From Candidatus Saccharimonadota bacterium (GTDB taxonomy: Bacteria > Pseudomonadota > Gammaproteobacteria > Enterobacterales > Enterobacteriaceae): DNA of 32,000 bases. This document shows, in pieces, positions 1 to 10,128 of the stretch. The translations under genes and the position numbers were made by a program. Positions within the stretch are counted from its first letter, which is position 1. Every line of letters starts with the position of its first letter. Where the stretch lies: positions 540,001-572,000 of the forward strand of contig CP188086.1 in the NCBI GenBank assembly GCA_049942765.1, written 5' to 3'. The notes beneath the pieces were generated by a model. The model had not been told where the DNA came from. It worked only from the letters and a program-made list of their open reading frames with translations, and did no database searches.

Positions 1-197
1 TCAAAATTAAATTATTTTTAAATAAAACTATAATCAACAAATTAAAATTTCTTTTATATATTATAATTAATATTTAAGTTTTTAAAAAAATCATTATTCT
101 TTAATAATAACGTTATCTACTACAATATATTATTAATTACTAAACTAATGTAAAAACTATACTAATACATAACTAACGTACATAAAAAACATCATAC

Positions 198-1424
198 TTA
201 ATCAATTAATTTTTTAAATAATAGACTGACATTTACCCCACCAAAACCCATACTATTTGACATCACAAAAAAAAGTTTTTTATACATTACTTGTCTAACT
301 ATATTAGAATGTTTAGCTAAAACATCTAAATGATCAATATTAATGCAAGGTGCTACAAAATTATTTTTCAACATTAATAACGAATAAATAACCTCTTGTA
401 CTCCCGATGCTCCTAAAGCATGACCAGTCATAGATTTTGTCGAAGATATTAAAGGCATGTATGGATATGTAAATACCTTATGAATAGCATTTAATTCTTG
501 AATATCTCCGTATTTAGTAGAAGTAGCATGTACATTTAAATAATCGACTAAATGAGTATCTATATTTTTTAATGCATATCTCATTGCACGTATCATACCT
601 GAAGTTGAAGATCTAACTATATGATAACCATCAGATGCAGAACCGCAACCAATAATTTCAGCATAAATAGGAGCTTTTCGCAACAATGCATGATTTAACT
701 CTTCTAATACTAGAATACCAGATCCTTCAGAGATAACAAAACCATCTCTATCTAAATCATAAGGACGAGATGCAGTAGAAGGTTGATCATTATATCGCGT
801 AGATAAAACACCCATTGCATCAAATAAACATGCTAACTCCCATGTTGATTCTTCAGAACCACCAGCAAAAATTATATCTTGTTTTCCTAATTGAATTAAT
901 TCGACAGCATTAACAATACAACTAGCAGATGTAGCACATGCTGAACTAATAGAGTAACTTACACCATATATTTTTAAAACAGTACACAAACAAGCAGATA
1001 TACTAGAAGACATAGATTGTATTATAGCATAAGGACCTATAGATTGAACTCTTTTTCGTTTTCTCATTGAATCTAATGCTTTGATTTGCACTTCAGGAGA
1101 ATTAATACTAGACCCTACTATAATTCCAACCCGAGGATTTTTTTGATATAAATTAACAGAAATCATAGCATCTTCAATAGCTTGCATAGCAGCTAAATAT
1201 GCATAAAGTGACGCTTTATTCATAATTCGAAGAATACTTCTATTAATTTTTAAATTGTTTTTCAATTTCACCTTACCACAAATATGACTACGCATTCCTG
1301 ATAATTGCATTTTTTTAGAAAAATCTATTCCTGATTGACCTACTTTTAAAGCATTCAAAACTTCATTTTGATTATTTCCAATACTAGATAATATACCTAG
1401 TCCAGTAACTACAACACGTTTCAC
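198..1424 (-). CDS. fabB: 3-oxoacyl-[acyl-carrier-protein] synthase I
   Basis: 408-aa ORF colinear with E. coli FabB as I recall it: N-terminus MKRvVvTGLGI.SSIGNNQ.EVL, active-site Cys context YSISSACATSA, C-terminus MSNS.GFGG.N..L..KL.D. Confidence 0.93.
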   Translation of the reverse strand: MKRVVVTGLGILSSIGNNQNEVLNALKVGQSGIDFSKKMQLSGMRSHICGKVKLKNNLKINRSILRIMNKASLYAYLAAMQAIEDAMISVNLYQKNPRVGIIVGSSINSPEVQIKALDSMRKRKRVQSIGPYAIIQSMSSSISACLCTVLKIYGVSYSISSACATSASCIVNAVELIQLGKQDIIFAGGSEESTWELACLFDAMGVLSTRYNDQPSTASRPYDLDRDGFVISEGSGILVLEELNHALLRKAPIYAEIIGCGSASDGYHIVRSSTSGMIRAMRYALKNIDTHLVDYLNVHATSTKYGDIQELNAIHKVFTYPYMPLISSTKSMTGHALGASGVQEVIYSLLMLKNNFVAPCINIDHLDVLAKHSNIVRQVMYKKLFFVMSNSMGFGGVNVSLLFKKLID

Positions 1425-2035
1425 AAATATCCTCTAAATAAATATAAAATAATTCAATTACTATGTTATGAATGTAATTCAAAAAACAACAGTATAAATA
1501 TTCATAAAATCAATACAATATTTCATCCATATATAAATAACAATACTTAATAATTATTAAAATAATCAAATTAACAATTACATCTATACTATTCATAAAA
1601 AAAATTTTATTATCATTAAATATATTCAAGTAATTTATTTGTAATCGATAAAAAATCTATTTTAAAAATTTTGTCATACCTATAATTAAATATTTACTAA
1701 TCTAATTTAAAAAAATAACAATAATTTGAATGATTATTGAAATATATATAAAAACTCAATATAAGTTGTTTACATATTACAATGATACAAAATATTCACT
1801 CAATAAAGAATAAATTATAACCAGTATTTAATAAAAACGTTTTAAAATACTTATGTAATTAAAATATAATGGAGAAAACGTACTTGAATAAATAATTTTT
1901 TGTTTAACAATATATATTGTTCTATTTATCATTAAGATAAAATCCTATTTTGCATTACTACATATACTATATTATTTAATATATATATAAATTATTGATT
2001 AATATTAATAAATAAAAATTAATTCTAAATACACA

Positions 2036-2064
2036 ATGACAAATAATATAAAATACTATATAAT
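2036..2064 (+). promoter_or_regulatory. candidate sigma70 promoter of rnpB (-35 ATGACA, 17-nt spacer, -10 TATAAT)
   Basis: ATGACA at 2036-2041, exactly 17 nt, then a perfect TATAAT at 2059-2064. The predicted +1 is about 7 nt downstream (2071-2072), which coincides with the first base of the rnpB P1 helix. TATAAT alone is uninformative in this composition; the G/C-containing -35 and the register with the RNA 5' end carry the evidence. Confidence 0.5.
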
Positions 2065-2071
2065 ATTTTAA

Positions 2072-2436
2072 ATTCAGTTAACTAAATAGTCGCTGCTAAA
2101 TATTAAATAGTAGAGGAAAGTCCGGGCTCCACAGGGTAAGGTGCCAGATAACATCTGGGGGATAAATTTCACGACCAGTGCCACAGAAAAAATACCGCCA
2201 ATATATTAAGAATAAGTATTATATTAGGTAAGGGTGAAAAGGTGTGGTAAAAGCGCACCGCGAATCTAGTAATAGCATTCGGCTAGGTAAACTCCACCTG
2301 GAGCAAAGCCAAATAAAGATTTATATAGTATGTCCCGTACTAAATCTGGGTAGGCTGCTTGAATTAATAAGTAATTATTAATCTAGATAAATGACTATAA
2401 AATACAGAACCCGGCTTATAAGTTAACTGAATCAAC
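2072..2436 (+). ncRNA. rnpB: RNase P RNA (bacterial type A M1 RNA)
   Basis: A GC-richer island holding the universally conserved cores GAGGAAAGTCCGGGCTCC, GGTGCCAG..AAC..CTGGGGG, ACGACCAGTGCCACAGA, GGTAAGGGTGAAAAGGTG.GGTAA.AGCGCACCGCG, GGTAAACTCCACC.GGAGCAA.GCCAAATA, GGGTAGGCTGCTTGA and ACAGAACCCGGCTTA. A P1 helix forms between TTCAGTTAACT (2073-2083) and AGTTAACTGAA (2421-2431). The ends are approximate, within a few nt. Confidence 0.95.
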
Positions 2437-2490
2437 CAAAAAACAATATACATATTAATATATATATTAAAAATCTAAAAACAAGATGTA

Positions 2491-3864
2491 CTATTGACCA
2501 GAAATCTGTACATTAGATAATAACATAGAACCACATCTAATTTTTTGTCTTAAATCTATATTATTACCAATTACAATAATATTTTTTCCCATATCTTTTA
2601 AATTACCTGAAATTGTAATTTTATTAATAGGATACTGTATCTTTCCACAATTAACCAAAAATCCTACTGCTCCAAAAGAACATGTTCCGGTCATTAAATT
2701 TACACCATCTCCCATTAATTCAGTTATATATACTCCAGTATACATATATCGTAATAAATCATTTAAATTTAAATTAGATTGTCCAACAATTAACCAATTA
2801 TGAAAACCTCCTGAATGTCCAGAACTAATAAATCCTAACTTATAACCAAAATAAGTATCTACCAACCACGTTTTTAAAACACCTTTATCTACAATAACAC
2901 ATTTTTTAGTTTGAACCCCTTCTAAATCAAATGGTTTAGAACCTAAACCTTTTTCTATATGAGGATCATCTACAATACTTAACCACGAAGGAAAAATTTT
3001 TTTTTCTAAATAATTTAATAAAAAAGTATTTTTTTTATAAACGTTGGCTGCATGTATAGCACTTGCGAAATAAGAAAAAAAATTAGCCGATAACTCTGGA
3101 GAAAGTAACAAAGACATTTTTTGTGTTAACAATGTTTTTGAATTTAATCGAGATATTGCTTTCTTAGAAGCAGTTAATCCTATACTAGATATGTTATCTA
3201 ATTTATTAAATTCTCTAACAATGGAATAATCACAATCTCGTTCCATACTCTCTGTACTATCTTTATTACTAGCAATTACAGAAATAGATAAAGAATGTAA
3301 AGTAGTTAAATATGAATTAATAAAATCATACGTATTACCTATAATTATCAAATTTATATGACTAGAAAACAAAGATCCTTCAGTATTAAAAATACGAACA
3401 TCTGAATTTAAAGCTATTTTTTCCAAATCTGTTGTTAATTTTATTACTTCTGTTAGTGACATATTACAAGGATGATACAATTTTAAATCTTTAACTTTTG
3501 ACGTTAAAAGGTTTACATTCGGTAAACGATGACCTTCATCACTTGAAACATATTGCACAATATTTATAGCTGAATCAACGATAGATTGAAGAGAAAGTGC
3601 ACTTAAATTTTTTGAAGAAACAGTAATTTTTTTAAAATTATCAAATATCGTAATAGACAGTGTTACATCATCATTAAATTCAATAGTATTTATTATACTA
3701 GATCTAACAGATAAACTAATACCACTAGTATAATGAACAGATACAGATGCAGTAATGTCACGATTAGTTTTTTTAATTAAATTAATAACATATTTTACAC
3801 AATCTATCAATATACTATGTTGTCTAGAACTATATTTATACATCATCATAAATAATTCCTTCAT
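2491..3864 (-). CDS. pmbA: metalloprotease PmbA (TldE)
   Basis: 457-aa ORF. Strong C-terminal similarity to E. coli PmbA as recalled (TGH.GG.HNW.I.GQ, TG.Y.TELMG.GVN..TG..S.GA.GF.V..G.IQYP...ITI.GNLKDM..NI..+GN+I. The sequence ends in ISGQ, versus IAGQ in E. coli). Several alternative Met codons lie within the first 8 residues. Confidence 0.9.
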   Translation of the reverse strand: MKELFMMMYKYSSRQHSILIDCVKYVINLIKKTNRDITASVSVHYTSGISLSVRSSIINTIEFNDDVTLSITIFDNFKKITVSSKNLSALSLQSIVDSAINIVQYVSSDEGHRLPNVNLLTSKVKDLKLYHPCNMSLTEVIKLTTDLEKIALNSDVRIFNTEGSLFSSHINLIIIGNTYDFINSYLTTLHSLSISVIASNKDSTESMERDCDYSIVREFNKLDNISSIGLTASKKAISRLNSKTLLTQKMSLLLSPELSANFFSYFASAIHAANVYKKNTFLLNYLEKKIFPSWLSIVDDPHIEKGLGSKPFDLEGVQTKKCVIVDKGVLKTWLVDTYFGYKLGFISSGHSGGFHNWLIVGQSNLNLNDLLRYMYTGVYITELMGDGVNLMTGTCSFGAVGFLVNCGKIQYPINKITISGNLKDMGKNIIVIGNNIDLRQKIRCGSMLLSNVQISGQ

Positions 3865-4284
3865 ATAAAAATACTTACATTTTTATTCTTAATAAACAAA
3901 ATAAAATAAAATTAAAAAAAAATATATTTATATAGTATTATATACTATATTTAATTTTATTTTTTAATTTCAATATCATTAATAAAAAACAAATATTTCT
4001 AATTAATTAAAATAAACTATGTTATACATCATATGTATGGTAATACAAACCATGAAAATTAATAATATAAAAATATATAAATTAATAAAGAACTAATTTT
4101 TATAAAAAATTTTTATTAATTTGTTGAATAAAAAAAACTATGTTAATAGTTAATTAACTGTTAATTACAAATTAAATTATTATAAAAAATGATTTGTCAA
4201 TACTTAATATTTAATAAATAATACATCAGTATATATATAAAAAAATAATCATTTATATTTATACTTAAAAATTAAGGAAATTAT

Positions 4285-4815
4285 ATGAGTATCAACAATA
4301 TACCTAGTGGACCCGATGTACCAGAAATACTATATGCTATAATTGAAATTTCTTCACATTCTTATCCAGTAAAATATGAAATGAACAAAACACATAATGA
4401 ATTATTTGTCGATCGATTTATTGCTAGCGCTATGAGATATCCATGTAATTATGGTTATATTAATAAAACTAAATCACAAGATGGAGATCCTTTAGATATA
4501 TTAGTATATACACCATATCCTATATTACCAAAAACTATTATTCCATGTAGACCTATAGGAATGTTACGAATGAAAGATGAATCTGGACATGATGCTAAAA
4601 TCATAGCCGTTCCTAATCATCATGTATCAACAGAATATCTATCAATTCAAGATATTCATAATCTTCCAACCTTATTAAAACAACAGATTCAAATTTTTTT
4701 TGAAAATTATAAAAATGCAGAAAAAGATAAATGGGTTAAAATAATTGGTTGGGATAATAAACAACATGCAATACAAGAAATAGAACAATCTATTATTAGA
4801 TATCAAAAATGTTAA
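4285..4815 (+). CDS. ppa: inorganic pyrophosphatase
   Basis: 176 aa, the same length class as E. coli Ppa. Motifs: Y..IEI......KYE.....LFVDRF...AM.YPCNYGYIN.T...DGDP.D.LV.TPYP and DAK..AVP. An AAGGAAA Shine-Dalgarno (SD) sequence lies 6 nt upstream of the ATG. Confidence 0.95.
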   Translation: MSINNIPSGPDVPEILYAIIEISSHSYPVKYEMNKTHNELFVDRFIASAMRYPCNYGYINKTKSQDGDPLDILVYTPYPILPKTIIPCRPIGMLRMKDESGHDAKIIAVPNHHVSTEYLSIQDIHNLPTLLKQQIQIFFENYKNAEKDKWVKIIGWDNKQHAIQEIEQSIIRYQKC

Positions 4816-5824
4816 TATTAAAGATAAAAACGTTTTTGAACTATAAATATAATAATTATTATAAATACTATTACTAATATAATTTAATAAATAGTACAAA
4901 TATAATATTTATTCTCTCTATAAATATAGAATATTTATCAATATTAATTAATATTAAAAATATTATTTTGTATTAAATAAAATTTAATAAAAATTAATAT
5001 ATATAAACATATACAGTAATAATATTGATGAAAATCATAAAAAATATCATTATAAACACAAAGATAATTACATCAAATTATTTAATGTTTTTAGTTATTA
5101 ATAAAAAATTATTATATCCATAATATTTAAACAATACATTTTTTTATATTAAAAAATAATATTTAAACTAACAATCAATTAATATTTATCTAAAAAATTT
5201 AACTATACTAGTAATAATCAATTAAATTAATCAATTATATTATCAAAAAAAAAATTAATTTAATTATTATATAACTACATATTAGATTTTTTAAATATTT
5301 TTTTTTAAAAAAATTAACTTCATAATAATAAAATTATCTTCAATATTATTGTTAATTATATTGATAATCAATCAAGTATAAGTCTTCCACCAACAAAAAA
5401 TTCAACATAGAAACCAACAAGATTCCATTTAATGGAATATATTATTATTTTGTTTATACAATAAAAATATTAAAATATATTAATTCCCATCCCTTTTTTA
5501 ATTAATAACTAAAATTTAATTTAAAAAAAAAATTATACAACACAACCATATTAAAAATAATTTTTGAAAACTTATATGAAAAAAAATCATAATTTAATTT
5601 ATAGATCAAAAATTTCAACTATGTTTCTTCAAAAAATATTTTATAACACACCGCTTTTATATTAAATATATAATATATATTTACAAAAATTCAAAATAGA
5701 ATATAATTCTAAATTATGTTAATAACAATATTATTTTATATTTTTATATTATAAATATGATGAAATTTTTTATATATAAATATAAAATAAAACATCTATT
5801 TCAAATCATTATAATAGGATTGAT

Positions 5825-6058
5825 ATGTCAAAAATATGTAATATAACGTTAAGAAAACATATGTCTGGAAATATTAGATCACATGCAATGAACGCCACTA
5901 AAAGACGATTTTTATTAAACTTACATAACCATAAATTTTGGATACCAGAAGAAAAAAAATTTATTAAATTATCTGTTACTACAAAAGGAATGAGAACAAT
6001 TGATAAAAATGGTATTCAATGTGTATTAAAAAAAATAAAAACAAAAAATAAGAGATAA
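5825..6058 (+). CDS. rpmB: 50S ribosomal protein L28
   Basis: 77 aa. Matches the E. coli L28 pattern MS..C..T.....GN.RSHA.NATKRRF..NLH.H.FW...EK.F..L.V..KGMR.IDK.GI. An AGGA SD lies 5 nt upstream. Confidence 0.95.
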   Translation: MSKICNITLRKHMSGNIRSHAMNATKRRFLLNLHNHKFWIPEEKKFIKLSVTTKGMRTIDKNGIQCVLKKIKTKNKR

Positions 6059-6060
6059 AT

Positions 6061-6228
6061 ATGGCTAAAAATACACGAGAAAAAATAAAATTAATATCTA
6101 CATCCGGGAGTAAACATTACTACACAACAACAAAAAATAAAAGAAATCAACCAAAAAAATTACAACTAAAAAAATATGATCCTATAATAAAAAAACATAT
6201 TTTATATAAAGAACATAAAATTAAATAA
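6061..6228 (+). CDS. rpmG: 50S ribosomal protein L33 (absent from the supplied ORF track)
   Basis: Hand translation gives [55 protein letters not shown], versus E. coli [55 protein letters not shown]. The ATG starts 2 nt after the rpmB stop, and TAA sits at 6226-6228. Confidence 0.95.
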   Translation: MAKNTREKIKLISTSGSKHYYTTTKNKRNQPKKLQLKKYDPIIKKHILYKEHKIK

Positions 6229-6417
6229 ACTCAATAACTAAAAATGTAAACATATTTATTTATATAAAAAAACATTATATTTATTTAAAATAGATATTAT
6301 TTGAAATCATTGTTCATCAAATATCAATCATTATTAACATATTTACGTTGATTAATATAAAAAAAAATTAAAAAAAATATTAATCAATACATTTAAAAAT
6401 TCCAATTAATAATAACA

Positions 6418-7191
6418 TTATTCTTCTCCATTAAAAAACGAAAAATATTGCATATCCATACATATATGTTGTAAAACAGGAATTAAAATAGGTATTAATA
6501 AATAAATCAAACATAAACCAACTATTAGCACTACAGAAAAACCAATAGAAAAAATAGAAATTTGAGGAGAAACACGATTTAAAAACGACATAATACACGT
6601 TAATGATAATAACAATAAAATTACTGGAAATGACAATTTAAAACTCATGAAAAATAAATAACTAGCAAATTTTACGATTACCAAAAACAGATTAAAATTA
6701 AAAATATATACACTTATTGGAATAAATTGAAAACTAATATATATCATCCAAATAATCCATAAATGTCCATTAAGTGTTAAAAATACAAATAAAGTTATTA
6801 CATTAAACAAACGAGAAATAATAAACACATTAGCACTATGCAAATGATCAAAAAAATTAGCAAAGGATAAACCTATTTGAGTGGATACTATTTCTCCAGC
6901 AATATTTATTGATGTAAAAACAATTTGAATTACAAAACCTAATACTAAACCGATTATAATTTGATGAATGATAATCATCAAAGAATCTAAAGAAAATAAA
7001 TCAATAGATGAGTTAGGTATAAATGGATAAATAATAAAACTAATAAGCATACTTAACAAAATTTTAATTTTTATCCCAATAACACGTTCACTAAAAATAG
7101 GAACCATCCAAAACACTGATAATATTCGCATTAATGGAAAAAAAATATTATGAAAAACATGCAATAAGTACATACAATTAAAAGTAAACAT
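6418..7191 (-). CDS. fliR: flagellar type III export gate protein FliR
   Basis: 257-aa polytopic membrane ORF. Similar to E. coli FliR (F.PL.R.L......PI.SER......K..L; GE....Q.GLSFA.F.D; FLT.NGHLW.I; LNR..PQ.S.F.IGF). It sits immediately downstream of fliQ. Confidence 0.9.
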   Translation of the reverse strand: MFTFNCMYLLHVFHNIFFPLMRILSVFWMVPIFSERVIGIKIKILLSMLISFIIYPFIPNSSIDLFSLDSLMIIIHQIIIGLVLGFVIQIVFTSINIAGEIVSTQIGLSFANFFDHLHSANVFIISRLFNVITLFVFLTLNGHLWIIWMIYISFQFIPISVYIFNFNLFLVIVKFASYLFFMSFKLSFPVILLLLSLTCIMSFLNRVSPQISIFSIGFSVVLIVGLCLIYLLIPILIPVLQHICMDMQYFSFFNGEE

Positions 7192-7195
7192 TAAT

Positions 7196-7465
7196 TTAAT
7201 TCAACATATATGGTAAATGATTAAACAGTTTTTGAACATAATCAATTAATATTCTCAACATCCAAGGACCAAAAATAACCATAGATCCAAAAATAGATAA
7301 AATTTTTGGGATAAAAGACAATGTTTGTTCATTTATTTGCGTCGAAGCTTGTAAAATACTAATAATTAACCCTGTTACTAATGCTGAAAATAACAAAGGG
7401 AAGGATAGCATTAAAAAAATTTTCATACCCTCATGGAAAATCACCATTACTGATTCCGGAGTCAT
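7196..7465 (-). CDS. fliQ: flagellar type III export gate protein FliQ
   Basis: 89 aa, identical in length to E. coli FliQ. MTPESVM start, the ..Q..TQI.EQTL.F+PK+ motif, and its position between fliP and fliR support the call. Confidence 0.92.
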   Translation of the reverse strand: MTPESVMVIFHEGMKIFLMLSFPLLFSALVTGLIISILQASTQINEQTLSFIPKILSIFGSMVIFGPWMLRILIDYVQKLFNHLPYMLN

Positions 7466-7523
7466 AATACCTCATACTTGTTATTAACTAACGTTCATAT
7501 TATAAAATAACAGTTAAATATAA

Positions 7524-8258
7524 TCAAAAATAAAAACTATTTGACAAAGCATTAACTAATAGTTTCCATCCATCAACTAATACAAATAACATCAATTTAA
7601 AAGGTAATGCGATACTAGATGGAGGAACCATCATCATACCTAAAGCCATTAAAACACTAGACACTACTAAATCAATAATTAAAAATGGAATGAAAATAGT
7701 AAAACCAATTCGAAAAGCTGTGTTTAATTCGCTAGTAACAAAAGCAGGTAACACAATCCTCATAGGAATATCTTCTTTTTTATAAAATTTAGAAACATGT
7801 GCTAATTTAGAAAATAACTCAAGATCTGGTGTCCTAATTTGTTTGATCATAAATTTTTTAAATGGTTGCATTCCTTTGTCTAATGCTGTATTAATAGATA
7901 TCTTTTCCTGACTAAAAGGCACATATGCTTCTTTATAAACTGTATCTAAGACAGGGTTCATGATGAAAAAAGTAAGAAACAATGCCAATCCTAACAATAC
8001 TTGATTAGGAGGTGCATATGGAGTACCTATTGCATTGCGAAGTAAACCAAATACAATAATTATCCTAGTAAAACTCGTCATCATTAATAACACAGCTGGT
8101 AACAAAGTCAATGAAGTAATGAATATTAGCGTTTGAAACGGTAGAGAAAAACTATAACTACCATTGTTTAAATGATGAATACCTAAACTAGACATGTCAG
8201 CATACACATTCGAAGAAACAAAAAATAAAAAAACCAATAAAAATATCTGTCTCATCAT
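7524..8258 (-). CDS. fliP: flagellar type III export gate protein FliP
   Basis: 244 aa. Long near-identical blocks with E. coli FliP: [44 protein letters not shown] and [49 protein letters not shown]. Confidence 0.97.
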   Translation of the reverse strand: MMRQIFLLVFLFFVSSNVYADMSSLGIHHLNNGSYSFSLPFQTLIFITSLTLLPAVLLMMTSFTRIIIVFGLLRNAIGTPYAPPNQVLLGLALFLTFFIMNPVLDTVYKEAYVPFSQEKISINTALDKGMQPFKKFMIKQIRTPDLELFSKLAHVSKFYKKEDIPMRIVLPAFVTSELNTAFRIGFTIFIPFLIIDLVVSSVLMALGMMMVPPSSIALPFKLMLFVLVDGWKLLVNALSNSFYF

Positions 8259-8480
8259 TATTATATTCCAATCTATGTAAATTTATTTTTTAAATGTATT
8301 GTTTACAAAAAATAAAATATATATTTTGAACAACTATAAAATAGTAAAAAATAATATTTAATGACAATAATTAATAATTTATATAATATTGAAACATATT
8401 TATATTAATTAATACAATTCCTTTACACTATAAATAACTATATTTTAAATAAATTACTAATAATAAAACTCATTAGTATA

Positions 8481-8864
8481 TTAAATTGCATTATAATCAT
8501 CTATTACATGAATAATTTTAGTAATTCTAATACCATATTTATTATCTAAAGTTACTAGTTCTCCTTGTGCTATTAAAATTTCATTAACAAAAATATTTAA
8601 TGGATGATCCAAATGATTATTCAAAAATAAAATAGAACCTTTCGATAATTTTAAAAAATCTTTCACTGTAATCAACCGAGAACCTAACTCTATAGAAACT
8701 TGAATAGAAACATCATTAATAAAATTGGAATTCCTATTTAATACATCCTTATTGTTAATAAAACGAGAATCCTTCATAACATGATCACTTGTAACATTAT
8801 TATTATTAATAATATTATTAACTAAACCTCGAACATTTTTAAAAATATTTTTTTTATCTAACAT
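8481..8864 (-). CDS. fliN: flagellar C-ring / switch protein FliN
   Basis: 127 aa. The C-terminal SpoA-type domain resembles E. coli FliN (V.+ELG.....+.+.L.L..GS.+.L+......L.I.VN...IA.GE.V.+...YG+RIT.I). An AGGAG SD lies upstream. The position after fliM fits. Confidence 0.88.
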   Translation of the reverse strand: MLDKKNIFKNVRGLVNNIINNNNVTSDHVMKDSRFINNKDVLNRNSNFINDVSIQVSIELGSRLITVKDFLKLSKGSILFLNNHLDHPLNIFVNEILIAQGELVTLDNKYGIRITKIIHVIDDYNAI

Positions 8865-8873
8865 AAAATACTC

Positions 8874-9875
8874 CTAACTATCAGTATCTTTAATATAATA
8901 AATATCTTGTATTACTAACGCATGACGACCATCATAAGTACCATATTGACCAGAAAATACTTGCATACCATTAATATAAGCTATAATTTTATCTGGATTA
9001 GTCATGTGAATAATATCACCTACTTTTAATTGTGTAATATTCAACAACGGTATTACTAACTCTATAAATTTAGCTTGTATATTTAGTTCAATAGTATTAA
9101 CAACATTTAATAAATCTTTAGTATAAATATTATTAGGTTTTGTCTGTAACTGAGTATGTTCCCATATTTGACATTGCCATTCTTCTAATAAACGTGACGA
9201 AATACAAATATTAAATTGAACATCAAAATCATTAATATTTGCATAAAATTCTGACACTATTAAATTTATATCATGAGCATTAGATACAATATTATTAACA
9301 TACATATTATTTGAAACAATATAATTAATATCTACTAAAAACATCTCTTTCCAAGCTAATGTATATTCTTTAATTAATAATTTATATAAATTTTGTAAAA
9401 CATTCTTTTCAAATATAGTTAACTCTTTTTTATCAATAATATAAGATGGTAATACACCGCTACCACCAAACAATATATCTAATATAAAAAATACTAATTG
9501 ATAAGAAAAATCAATAAAAGCAATTTTTTTATGAGATATATATTCTATAATATGTAATTTAATTGGTAAACTAAATATTTTTGAATACTCAACATAAGAT
9601 AAAAACCTTGTTTGTTTACAATAAAAATGAATATTTTGAACTCCAAGAAATTGAGATAAAGGCAATTGAAATTTGTTTAAAAAAAATTCATTTACAGAAT
9701 TAAGAATGCTAATATACTGTTCTTTTAAAAAAAAATTGTTATAGTTTGCAACTCTAGCACTATCTACAGAATTCAATTGATTATATATTTTTCTTTTTTT
9801 ATCTAAAATTTTATTATTAATATCCATACTTGAAATTAATTCTTTACTCATTTTTAAACTCACCATATAGTACAA
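8874..9875 (-). CDS. fliM: flagellar C-ring / switch protein FliM
   Basis: The central block ..LFGG.G..P.....+E.T..E..V...L and the C-terminal block ...+L..L+.GD+I........II.A.+.G..VF.GQYGT..G..AL.I match E. coli FliM, and the position before fliN fits. The true start may be the 9th codon (ATG at 9851, preceded by GGTGAG at a 7-nt spacing) rather than 9875. Confidence 0.85.
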   Translation of the reverse strand: MYYMVSLKMSKELISSMDINNKILDKKRKIYNQLNSVDSARVANYNNFFLKEQYISILNSVNEFFLNKFQLPLSQFLGVQNIHFYCKQTRFLSYVEYSKIFSLPIKLHIIEYISHKKIAFIDFSYQLVFFILDILFGGSGVLPSYIIDKKELTIFEKNVLQNLYKLLIKEYTLAWKEMFLVDINYIVSNNMYVNNIVSNAHDINLIVSEFYANINDFDVQFNICISSRLLEEWQCQIWEHTQLQTKPNNIYTKDLLNVVNTIELNIQAKFIELVIPLLNITQLKVGDIIHMTNPDKIIAYINGMQVFSGQYGTYDGRHALVIQDIYYIKDTDS

Positions 9876-10128
9876 TATTAAAAAATATTAATTGATATAA
9901 AATATTTAATGTAATTTAAAGAAAAAAACTAAGTGTTCTATATTTATCGAAATTACTAACAATAAATATAATAAATATATACTTTTTCAACATAAAGATA
10001 TGATTAGTTATGATAAATACAATCTAGAAAACATTAAAACATTAAGTTAAATAAATTATTTTTAATATAGATGAACGTTACATAACTCATAATTCTGTTT
10101 ACAATATAAATCACCATTAATTTTTTTT

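Noticed and set aside
4675-4899. 74-aa ORF antisense to the 3' end of ppa
   Set aside because: It overlaps the strongly supported ppa gene. Its product is an I/Y/F/N-rich peptide typical of random frames in AT-rich DNA, with no SD and no recognisable similarity.
5422-5438. 17-nt palindrome ATTCCATT-T-AATGGAAT in the ppa-rpmB spacer
   Set aside because: It cannot form a stable hairpin because the loop is too small. It is isolated, has no flanking T-tract or gene context, and is plausibly chance.
8259-8480. Tiny ATG-initiated frames on the minus strand of the fliN-fliP gap (e.g. MSFIISNLFKI*), considered as a vestigial fliO
   Set aside because: They are only 8-11 codons long, with no SD and no TM-length hydrophobic segment. 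They are consistent with random sequence.
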